Position numbers and translations under genes: made by a program. Below are positions 25,213 through 36,216 of a stretch of 64,000 nucleotides of DNA, piece by piece. The number at the start of each line of letters is the position of its first letter. Positions within the stretch are counted from its first letter, which is position 1. Source of the DNA: Eledone cirrhosa (taxonomy: Eukaryota); the NCBI GenBank assembly GCA_964016885.1, contig OZ024744.1, positions 27,404,001 to 27,468,000 on the forward strand, read 5' to 3'. The notes below the pieces were generated by a model. That model made no database searches, was not told the DNA's origin, and saw only the letters and a list, made by a program, of their open reading frames with translations.

Positions 25213-25789
25213 TATCACATACATACACATCTATGTGATGACTGAGAAAGGAGGGTGAGAGGAATCACAGGAGTCCAGCGTTCTAAGATTCGTCACAGCT
25301 GTGTGTGTGTCACAGCTGTGTGTGTGTATGTGTAGTGATTTGGCTACACATATTGACTGTGTGTTTGTATATTTGTATCACTTGTATGAGTGAGTGCGAA
25401 AGAACCAAGCAACAAACAAACATCTCTTTTATATTATGTATAGATATTACAATTAGCCGTCATTTTTGACGACAGCGGGCCCGCTAGTATTTATAATAAT
25501 AATTCACAAAGTTGATATCGACACCACACGTGCAGCTCTGCGTGTTAGTTTAGAGCAAACAGATGCGGTTGTATTAAGAATTATGCCCCGTTGCACAGAA
25601 GGATGGGCTGGATGTCAGAGTAATCAGATGCAAAAATGCAGTGTTGTTGGTTTTGTTGTTGTTTTAGTTAAAGAGTCATGTTTTTAATGAGGAGTGGGTT
25701 AGAGAATCGACAGGAAAAAAAGCCAGAATGTTGTGTTAACAGTATAGATTGTCATAGATGAGATTATTGTATGTTGTATGTAACTAATT

Positions 25790-26110
25790 GAGACGGTTAT
25801 TTGTCAGAGTCATTAGAACATCAGATAGAATACTTTGCATTATTCGTTCGAGCTCTCTACTCTCTCAGTTCAAATCCTGCCGAGATCAACTTTGCCTTTC
25901 ATCCTTTCGAGGACGATAAAAAAAAGTACCAGTCTAATACTGGGTGGATATTTCCTTTATATCTCTTTCTCACTTTCTATCTTTCTCTGGAAGAAATCTA
26001 CTGCACTCAGGCCTCGAAAGAGATAGGCTCCGCCAGGCTTTAGATGCTTAAGAAACGCTGTATTTCAATACGGCGCCCCTACGGCTCTATGAAGAGTTAC
26101 GGGAGCATAC
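25790..26110 (+). mobile_element. tRNA-derived SINE (family S2; same core as S1, different 3' body)
   Basis: agttcaaatcctgccgagatcaactttgcctttcatcctttcgagg core; homologous to 31845-32170 and 48765-49020. Confidence 0.75.
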
Positions 26111-26359
26111 ACAACATGTAACTAATTAGAGGCCTCTATAAAGAAAGAAGCTACGTCAAAGTAGAATCACATTGAAGTGATGGTTTATCTTAGGAGACCA
26201 CCAGTTGATTCGTTCAGATAGAAACCATATTGGATTTCGCTGCTAGACAATGACTTGTTCATAATATTATCCATTAATCTGGTAATATTTCGCAACTGAG
26301 AGATTGCCAATGTCTCATTCTAGGGTGTGGTGACAGCAACACATTTACTTGGTTGGCTC

Positions 26360-26720
26360 TGATTATTGTGTTATTACTGTTGTTATTACTGGTATTATTA
26401 TCATTGCTGATGTTGTTGTTGTTGTTGTGATAGTGGTAGTGGTGCTGGTGATAGTGGGGTTGTTGTTGGTGGTGGTGGCGGTGGTGGTGGTATTGATATT
26501 GGTGATGGTATTGTTGTTGTTGGTGGTGGTGGTTGTGGTGGGGTTGTTGTTGCTGGTGTTGGTGGTGTTGTTGTTGGTGGTGGTGGGATTGTTGATGGTA
26601 GGGGTGATTGTGGGGTTGGTGGTGGTGGTATTGTTGTTAGTGATGGAGATGTTGTTGGTGGTGGTGGTGGTGATGGTGGGGTTGGTGGTGGTTGCATTGT
26701 TGTTATTGCCAGAAATGTTG
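26360..26720. repeat. (GGT/GTT)n low-complexity tract
   Basis: Direct reading. Confidence 0.9.
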
Positions 26721-27267
26721 TTATGTAGTGTTATATTCCGTCAGGTCACTAAAAATATAGATTGCACTGTCAAAATAAGATTTATTTATTGTAGAAGAGA
26801 GACAGACATATCGGAGGAGGAAAGTGGAATTCCGAGTCTTGGAAAAATAAACAGAGGAGAAATCTCCGGTTTCCGTCGCAACCTCAGACATAATTGGACA
26901 CCACACTGTCGGGCTCCTCCACAAGATTGGAACGTCTGTGGCCCGTCTGACTGAGGTAGTAGTCTCGCGAGGTGGGGGGGGGGCTTGCAACGGATGTCGC
27001 TGGCCATTATCTGCAGGACTGGTTTTGCGGTCTTGTCCGCGAGGCTCAAGCCCATTACCACACCACGCCCTAGCCCAGAGCCCAATCATCTTCCCCCTTC
27101 CCATTCTTCTGTGACACAAGAGTCATTACCATTCCCTCCCTTTTCCAGTCTTTTTTCTTCATATTTTCCTATTTTACAGTCCATTCTTAATTGACTTTTG
27201 TTCTCTTTCTATTAAACTGTATTTACATGATATATTCCAGAAATAAAAGAATGGAAGATATAACTAT

Positions 27268-27607
27268 AATTGTTTCTATTTTAGGCACAAGGCCACCAAT
27301 TACCCAGTACATTACTGGTACTTTATTTTATCGACCCCGTAAGGATGAAAGGCAAAGTTAACCTCGGCGGGATTTGAACTTAGATTATAAAGGGACGTAA
27401 CTCTATGATTCAAAGCATGGTGTCCGACTCTCTACTGATACTGCCAATCCACCGCCCTTGAAGATATAACTATAATAATAATTGTTTCTACTACAGGCAC
27501 AAGGCCAACGCATTTGGAGGAGGGAAAATCGATTAAATCTATCCGCAGTGTATTACTGGTACTTTATTTTATCGACCCAGTAAGGAAGAAAGGAAAAGAT
27601 AACTTCG
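27268..27607 (-). mobile_element. Two S1 SINE copies (one full, one partial)
   Basis: Same sequence as 24158-24350 and 50881-51075. Confidence 0.8.
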
Positions 27608-30545
27608 ATGGGATTTCTCTATGATGTATCGCATAACGTGGGGGTTGTCGTGTATGGATCTGGTCGGGATTGTGCAAACCCCCACCACCACATACACATT
27701 AGACTCTTGACGACAAACTCCAATCTCTTTGTTTGCACCTTGACCAAAATCTTGAGCAGAGTTATCAACCGGAAATTATTTATAACGTTTCCATAGTTCT
27801 CCTCTATTCTGATCAGCTTTACTCCACCTTGACGTTCAGAACTGGGATCCTCCCGTTCTTTGCCAGTAGACGGCTCTGAGATCGGAGAACAAATCTGGTG
27901 TGTCTCATAAAGCTCGTAGGACAGACCATTCAAACCGGATGACTTGCGCCTCGTACAGCTGGCCAAGACATCCTGTATCTTAGCTACTGTTATCGGCTTT
28001 TCGCAACACATCGTATCAGCCTCTGAGATTCATAACAAGCCGTCGAGATAGGGATAGATGTCTGCTACACTCTCCCACCACCCGGTCCTCCTGAATAGCC
28101 ACGCAAAGTGCTGGCGAAAGGCCGCAAACATATGTCTGAAATCGTCCAGCACACATTCGTCTCAGTCCGTCAAAGAATAAACTCTGGTTCCGTTACCACG
28201 CTGCGCCATTACAACGGGGGCTCATCGAACAACTTTGTTTCCCTCGTTTCTCAGAGCACGCGCCTTAGCTGTGACAATGCAAACTTCATGTTTCGCATTG
28301 AAGAAATGGTCGAATGCCATTCTCGCAGCTAGCACATCAGTTGCAATGCCATTACAAATAGCCTCGTCTAACTTATCTCCGAGCTCCCCCTCCTTTCAAT
28401 GTTTCTCTATCGCTACTTCTTTGTTAAACCCTATTGAAACTACTCTAATCTCTCTCTTGCGTGCTCTTGACGACCTGCTATTGACGGCAACCTCTTTCCC
28501 CAGCTTCTATCAGCTACTCCCGCATATTCCCTGCGGGCGTCTAAGATGTGTTTCCAGTTCCCCCGTTAACAGTAAAGAGCGATATGTTCCCAGAAATGCT
28601 TTCAGGCACCTAAAGAAATGTGGCCATCAAGCCTCGGTGAGGGCATAGACGGATACCAGTCTAACTGCACGACCTTCGCTATTATTTACATCCAGGACCA
28701 CCAATTTACCATCCGGGTACAGGAAGATCGTCCTTACCTCGAGATCCAGGCCTTTCCTAAACAACACTGACACCTCACCTTCTTTTCCCGGCTGACTAAG
28801 AGATATGAAGATCTGATAGTCGTCGAAAAGTGGGGCTAGTGCGTGCGTGTCGGAAACCAAGGTCTCGCTGACGGCAGTCAAACTCATATCTAGTAACTTT
28901 CCTTCCAGGACGACCCCAGGCCAAGTATATTTATGCAACCCACTCTTATAATAGACATGTTGGCTGATTGATCAATAGGAAAATAGGGGGGGGGGGCTCT
29001 CTGTTGGAAATCGGCTGGTTCGACCTTCATATTTGTAGGGGTTTCTTTTAGGAATCCCTTGTAGCAGGTTGTTCGTTGGTTTAATGTTAGGGGTTACTAA
29101 GTCCCGATGAAAAGATCTCACTAATATTCTTGTAGGTACCCATTGATACCCGTACCATCATAACGGTTTCCAGCAATTTAAAAGTGCTCGTGCTAAAAAT
29201 CTCCTCATCCTTCTCAATCGTTTTACTTCTTATTGGGACCTTCATATCTATGTTTGACCTTATTATTAGTGTTCTGCGTGTGATGATGTTGGTTGTGTGT
29301 TTCTGTGTTTTCGTTTGGTTGGAGTTGGTTATGGTTGTGGTAGGGTTGGTAGTGGTGTACACGTGGGTTGGGTTGCAAGATGGGGTAGTGGTGGAGGTGA
29401 TGTACCGTGATTAGTAGGGTTGTCTTTTCTAGCGTGGGTTTGGCAGGAGGTGTTGTGTGAATATTTGCATGAATGCTCTTTTTTCTTAGTTTCTTGGGTT
29501 TCTGTATTTCCTCTTCTTCATCACTGAGAGAAGTAATGGTTGATGTGTCTGATAAGGGTGGGAGTATGTTGGTGGTGTTTTAGCTGCTGCTGCTGTTGTT
29601 GATGTCGACTGTTGTTGCCGGTGATGGTGGAGTGGTTTTCCCCGGCAATGGTGTTGGCAGCAATGGAGGTTAGCGGCTCCTTGCAATTTTCAGCTGAGGT
29701 CAGATGTTCCGATTCCCTACAAACGAAGCAGTGTAGCCGTTTGCCCTCAGTTAGCAATTGTATTTCGTACTCATCCGGTAGTCTCACGTGGTCTGGGATA
29801 TTTTTTGTGTCTTCGGGTTTGCTTTGGAGAAGAATCTCGAAACCAATCCCAGACTATTTTTCCCCTCTTTCTTAATTTTAAATCGAGGAGGGTATCAGGG
29901 CTCTCCCTATCCATGCATCATAGGAGCCACCATAAGTCTAGTCCTGGCGGGATACTGGGAACGCGGACCTTTACAGTCCTCCTCTCCATGTTAGACGGGT
30001 ACATAATGATTTGGTCCGATTTACAATAGACCGCCGAATGTTTCAGAACAAACGTCCTCTGTTTTGAAAAGTACCGAGATGCTCCCATTTTAAGTGTTCT
30101 ATTTCGTCGATGATGCACTTTAGTCCTGCGTCCACTTGTGATTGGGAAGCAATTTCTGCTTTACGAAATTCATCTCTCCGTCGAAGCCATTACCTCTGTC
30201 GGAACGTTTAAGTTGACCCTGGTCTTTCCTCTGGTAATAATCTTTCTTTTCTGTTATATCCATCAAGTGCAGAGTTTGTAGTTTTGCAGCTGTTGGTGGT
30301 GGCGGTGACGATGACGCTCGTCTCAACAATTGAGTCACTGTCACGTTGATAACAAGAAAGCAGTTGAAATTAAAGTTGAAATATTTAGACCAAAATTCAA
30401 ATATTATGAGGACTCCCTTCCTTGGAGCAGAGACTGGTTCCTTATATCCCTTTGAACATTTACAAAAAATGTTTTCAAAATACCAATATAAAGAGTTTTA
30501 AAACTATCAACACTTACGTAGCGAAAACAGGCGTGGTGTAGAGTT
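27608..30545 (-). mobile_element. Degraded Tx1-like element, 5' half (5' UTR, ORF1, APE, start of RT)
   Basis: Minus-strand fragments EGKRLHCFVCRESEHL (ORF1), VSET..GEVSVLFRKGLD..VSVYA (APE), CEKPIT..KSSGLNGLSYELY..NFRLITLL (RT). The 5' UTR resembles 2580-2760. Confidence 0.85.
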
Positions 30546-31047
30546 CACAAATAAACAATAGTAATAATAACAATATAAATAATAAAATGAAGACGATGTT
30601 GAAGGAGTGAATCTCTCGGTCGGCAGATATCAGTAAAGATAGAAAAGTGTTCTTTAAAGATTTTAAGTGTATGCTTAAATTTATTTACAAGAATGTCTCT
30701 CAAACTCCTTTTCTTCCTCTCTTTCTTTCTTTCTTTCTTTCTTTATTTATTTATTTATTTCTCTCTCTTTCTCCCCCCCCCCCTCTCTCTCTCTTCATGC
30801 TGTCAAATGCCTCGTTATTCTCAATCTTTCTCCTCCACTCTCTCCCCCAACTCACCTCTTTCATATTCTCGCTGTCTCGTGTCTTTTTTTCTCTCTCTCT
30901 CTTCATCTTTCCTCTCTTCATCTCTCTCCTCCTCTCTCCCTCTCTATTGACCCCCCCCCCCTCTCGCTCTATTTTCTTTCGTGTGAAGTGTATATACGTA
31001 AATTGTCTCAGATATCTACGTTCTCTCTCTCTATCTCTCTATCTCTC

Positions 31048-31103
<56 letters not shown>

Positions 31104-31489
31104 ACATACAATGTATGGAACATTACTTGCTAGGCTAGCAAACTAAATCTAATTTACTGTTAAGAGCCACATATGATGATACTGGTAAGGTATTTATTTG
31201 AAGAAATAATATTCCCAACAATAAAGACAATGAATTGGTAAAGACAGAATGAAACTTCTAGTCAAATATCATGTAAATAAAAGTCTTTTGAAAGCCTTTA
31301 TCGCATTGTCCAGTCACATTTATAATATGTCCTGCCCTGCAAGTAATTCAAGCAGACACGGCCGACACTATTTTGTGGTCAACGTAAGAATTAGACTTTT
31401 CCTTCTGTGTAACTTGATAAAGATTCGATATCTCATGTCTTATTGCTTTAAATATCGCAATTATTCAACCATACACCATTCTGAGAAAT

Positions 31490-31762
31490 AGGAGAATATG
31501 GGAGAATATAGGAGACTATAGGAGAATATGGGAGAATATAGGAGAATATAGGAGAATATGGGAGAATATAGGAGAATATAGGAGAATATAGGAGAATATG
31601 GGAGAATATAGGAGACTATAGGCGAATATGGGAGAATATAGGAGACTATAGGAGAATATGGGAGAATATAGGAGAATATAGGAGAATATGGGAGAATATA
31701 GGAGAATATAGGAGAATATGGGAGAATATAGGAGAATATAGGAGAATATAGGAGAATATAGG
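31490..31762. repeat. 10-bp tandem repeat (GGAGAATATR)n, ~27 units
   Basis: Direct reading. Confidence 0.95.
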
Positions 31763-31844
31763 TGGATTTTAAAAATTATTCTGGAAACTTGTGATAGAAT
31801 TATAATTAATCATTTATATATATATGTGTGTATATGTATGGTCC

Positions 31845-32170
31845 CATAACTCCTGATAGAGTTGTAGGGGTGCCATATTGACATACGGCTTTTCTTGGGT
31901 ATTTTAAACATGGCGGAGCCCATCCCTCTCCAGGCCAGGGTACAGCAAATTTCTTCCAGAGAAAGATAGAAAGTGTGAGAGAGAAAATGAGAAAGACATA
32001 TAGAGGAAGAATTGACCCCAGTATTAGACTGGTACATTTTCTATTCGACCTCGAAAGGATTAAAGGCAAAGTTGACCTCGGCAGGATTTGAACTCGGAGA
32101 GCTGCCAGCTGGAATGAATACCATAAAGTATTCTATCTGACGTTCTGACGACTCTGACAATTCACCGCCT
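31845..32170 (-). mobile_element. S2 SINE
   Basis: Reverse complement homologous to 25790-26110; flanked by an imperfect ~50-bp direct repeat (near 31765-31815 and 32188-32247). Confidence 0.75.
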
Positions 32171-32878
32171 TATAAGATTATATAAGAGGATTTTTAAAAT
32201 TATTCTAGAACGTTGTGACAGAATTATAGTTAATTATAATTAATCATATATGTATGTGTATATTTATTTTTGTGTCTTTCTATATTTTTGTAGATGTGCA
32301 TGTGTTCGGGTTTATACTGTCTGTTTAGATGTTCGACAAAAAGAGATCGATAAAGTAAGTATCAAACTTGAAAACAATACTGAAGGTCGGTATGATCAAC
32401 TTAATCTCTTCAACTTGGTGCCCCACCATGGCCGCAGCGAAATGGCTAAAACTAGTACAATAATAATTTCAGGTACTAGGCCAATAGTTTAAGTGAGAGG
32501 GTAAAGTCGATTATGTCAACCCCAGTACCTCACTGGTATTTTATTTTATCAACCTCGGAAAGATGTAAGGTAAAGTTGACTATGACGCAATTTGAACTCA
32601 GAAAAAAATATATTAAATATGGCGACATTGATGGTTCTGTCATTTTTCTCTAAAAAATCTTTTTTCGTTTCTGTCACTGCCTCCTTTCCTATATTGCTTC
32701 TTTAATTTGTTATTCTATTTTCTGATGAAGGACTAACATCTAACATCTGAATGTTACGACTCTTTTCCCACTATATCAAGCGTAAATTAATATATTTCTT
32801 CATTGTACTGTGTCGTTTGCTTTCTTATTTCTGTTTGCCTTTTGAACACACACATACACACACACAGATACATACATA

Positions 32879-33110
32879 CATGGTTGCTGCCAACTCGTTT
32901 TCGAGTACGGCCACTACTTTATATCCATGTAGGAGAACCCCTACCGATGCGCTGAACGCATCGGTAGGGGTTTTCCTTCTCCTAGAATTCTGCCTTGACA
33001 AAGGCTAAGGGTCATCTCTCCCGGTGATTTTGGATGGCCATTGACTCTTAAGAGGTCCTTTGCCCTTTGACAGGTTTGATTTTAGTCCAGCGGGATGTCC
33101 AAAGTCACCC
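32879..33110 (-). mobile_element. Bipartite RTE-derived non-autonomous element, internally deleted copy
   Basis: Shares both ends with 63293-63758; middle replaced by a small foldback (32938-32970). Confidence 0.75.
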
Positions 33111-33195
33111 ATGTATGTATGTATGTATGTATGTATGTATGTATGTATGTATGTATGTATGTATGTATGTATGTATGTATGTATGTATGTATGTA

Positions 33196-33740
33196 CATGG
33201 TGGCTGCCAACTCGTTTTCGAGTACGGTCACTACTTTATATCCATGTAGGCGGACCCCTACCGATGCGCTGAACGAGTGTGACTTTTTAGTCCAGCCAGC
33301 GACTTGAAAACTCTGGTACAAACACTACACTTGTGACAATTATTGACACATAGTGCTAGGCCCATGATACCATGTGACGACAAGTGCAGAGAGATCTCCA
33401 GATATAAAGCAATGCCTGTGCCGTGAAGCTTTTATAGTGAGCAAAGGCACTGCAAAAAGCCAGTCCCACTCTCTTAACCAGGATGATATTTACCAAAAAG
33501 AAGAACAAGTCAACATCATTGGATACCATCAGAGTTGTAGGTGTTATATCAGAGTTTTCTTTCTCCTAGAATTCTGCCTTGACAAAGGCTAAGGGTCGTT
33601 GGCGACTAAACTGGCAACCCACCAAGGTTTCTTGGTGAGGGAGGTGACTTTGAACATCCTGCAGGACTAACAACAAAACCTGTCAAAGGGCAAAGGAGCT
33701 CTTAAGAGTCAATGGCCATCCAAAATCACCGGGAGAGATA
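33196..33740 (-). mobile_element. Bipartite RTE-derived element with inverted 5' segment
   Basis: 33196-33597 is the - strand homolog of about 63375-63758; 33598-33740 is the 5' segment in + orientation. Flanked by (TATG)n and (CATA)n. Confidence 0.78.
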
Positions 33741-33859
33741 TATGTACATACATACATACATACATACATACATACATACATACATACATACATACATACA
33801 TACATACATACATACATACATACATACATTCATACATACATACATACATACATAATAAG

Positions 33860-36045
33860 TGTCACTGAGGACCCATCCCAGAAAGACAGATTCCTTTTGG
33901 AGCAAAATATGAAAAGAAGAATTTCAACCAAGATGCAGTGTGGCTAAGAGAAATCCGAAAGAACTATTGCTCCTGCACTACAACAAAAAACATACGAAAT
34001 AAGTGAGGGTACCCTTGAGACTGTGATAGGAAAACTCCAAGATAAGAAAATACCAGGAAGGGACATGATTGTCGGCTACTGGTACAAAAAACTGATATTC
34101 TATCGGAGGTATCTTACTGACCTCTACCAACAAGTTCTTAAGGGAGATACACTTATACCAGAATGGTTGACATTAGCACAAACAATACTGGTCCCCAAGA
34201 ACAAAGACACCCACTTTGCAAAAAACTACCGACCCATTGTATGCCAGAACCTGATGTATAAGATGTATACAGCCTGCCGGAACCTATTCCTCCAAGATCA
34301 CTGTGAAAATAATAACATCATCACAGATGAACAAGCAGCTGGAAATAAAGGGGTTTGGGGATGTGCTGAACAACTCCTAATCAACAAAACTGCGATGTCG
34401 GAGGTGCGACAACTTAGGAGGAATATGACTACAGTCTGGCTGGACTACAGGAAAGCTTTCGATTCTGTTCCCCACTCTTGGATGATAGAGGCCCTCCAAC
34501 TTGCTAAAGTCCCAGACATTATTGTCAGAGCCATAGAGAAGCTGTCTTCTTCTTGGGCTACTATCCTAAGGTTAAAGACAGAGAGGGGGGGGGGGTCTAT
34601 TTTAACTGATAAAATAAAATATTGCAGGAATTATATTTCAGGGGGACAGTCTCTCTGTGATATTATTCATCCTGTCATAAAACCCCTTGTCCTTTCTACT
34701 CAAGAAATGTGAGCGATACATCATTGGCTCACAGGAGGACAGAAATACGAACCTAACCCATAATTTCTTTGTGGACGATCTGAAACTCTATGCCAAGAAC
34801 ATGGATATGATGAAAAAAAATCTTGACCTTATTACAACGTTCTCAAAGGATATAGGAATGGAGTTTGGTAAATATTAATGCTCATATATGACTGTAAAGC
34901 GGAGAAAAACAACAACCCAATCTAGCAACATTGTCATATATGGCCTAACTGTTTCACCTATATCTGATGATATGACTGCTACAGATACACCTGGGGATAG
35001 ATGAGAACATATCCTATAATGGTATATGTAATAAAGAACGCGTAACCAGGGAATACTACACCCGATTAAGAAAGATCTGGTCATCGCAACTCTCTGCGCA
35101 AAACAAAACAGTGGCTCACAATGTGTTTGCTGTGCCTGTCCTAACACCAACGTTTGGAATACTCAATTAGACGATAGACGAAATCCGAGCAGTTGATGTT
35201 GGAACTCGAAAAATACTGAACAACACCGGAAACTTCCCCATCAACAGTGACATAGACCGCCTTTACTTGAAACGTAAGCAGGGAGGCAGAGGACTAACAT
35301 CAGTCCAGACAGCATTTGAATGTCGCATCATATCCCTCCGACAACATCTATGAACCTCGAAGCGTAGGAGCCCGTCTCTCGAGCAAGTCTATCTGCATGA
35401 AACAGATAAGATCATGAGAGTTGGGAAGGAACTCCCCGAGAGATATTCCCTGTGTGATAATCAAAAACACCCACCCAGGGAAGGTGCTCAGCAGTATCGC
35501 AGTGAATCAATGGATGAAAAACTGCATGCTTAGCCAAAAATCATGCATGGATATGTTGCCAGGAAGCTCCAGAGTGAGAATAATATAGATAAGGAAAGTA
35601 GTCTATCTTGGACCAACAACCGCTATATTGGCTTCCACTTTGAAGGATACGCTTTTGCAATCCAAGAACAGGAGATTAGCACAAAATACCTGATTCACAA
35701 AAGAGATAGGGATGCAGGCAAAACACCTAGATGTGATAACAAGTGCAGACTCTGCAGAACTAACATCGAGGATATCATCCATGTCATCAGCAGCTGCCCA
35801 AAGATGTCATCGCGGTACTATCTACCTATGAGGCATGATGTAGTGGCCAAAACACTGTACAATGCAGTTCGTAAAAAATATAGACCCGATAATAAACACA
35901 TTAAAAGCTACAGCAATGTGGAAGACATCCATGTACATAATATGAAAGAGTACTGGTGGAATGTTCCAGTAAAAACCCCAATAAAATGCAGGCATAACAG
36001 ACCAGATATGATATGGGACAGGGAGAAGAAAGCTTGCACAGTATT
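33860..36045 (+). mobile_element. Degraded R4/Dong-like non-LTR retrotransposon (RT + CCHC + start of RLE)
   Basis: NYRPIVCQNLMYK, WLDYRKAFDSVPHSW, IFQGDSL, FVDDLKLY, GGRGL, CRLCRTNIEDIIHVISSC, RHD, HNRPD; frameshifts and stops. Confidence 0.88.
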
Positions 36046-36216
36046 CGCACATTGCCCTAGCCGGAGGTATATCGTCTGTAATACGAAGAAATACCTATGA
36101 TGGCTAGTAGACCACTGATGACGGATAGTCCTGGCTTCTATTTCTAATTCTTCATTTTTATATATATCATGTTTGCAACAACACAGTACGCCATTTTTCA
36201 TTCATATATACATAGC

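Noticed and set aside
26349-26954. Val-, Thr- or Pro-rich ORFs here and at 42176-43174, and YI/HT-repeat ORFs throughout
   Set aside because: Translations of microsatellites.
26729-27118. Possible solo LTR (TG...CA ends, AATAAA on - strand)
   Set aside because: No TSD, PBS/PPT or second copy visible.
32715-32760. CTGATGA motifs at about 32722, 36115 and 40412 as hammerheads
   Set aside because: No intact downstream GAAA box or stems; at most decayed PLE remnants.
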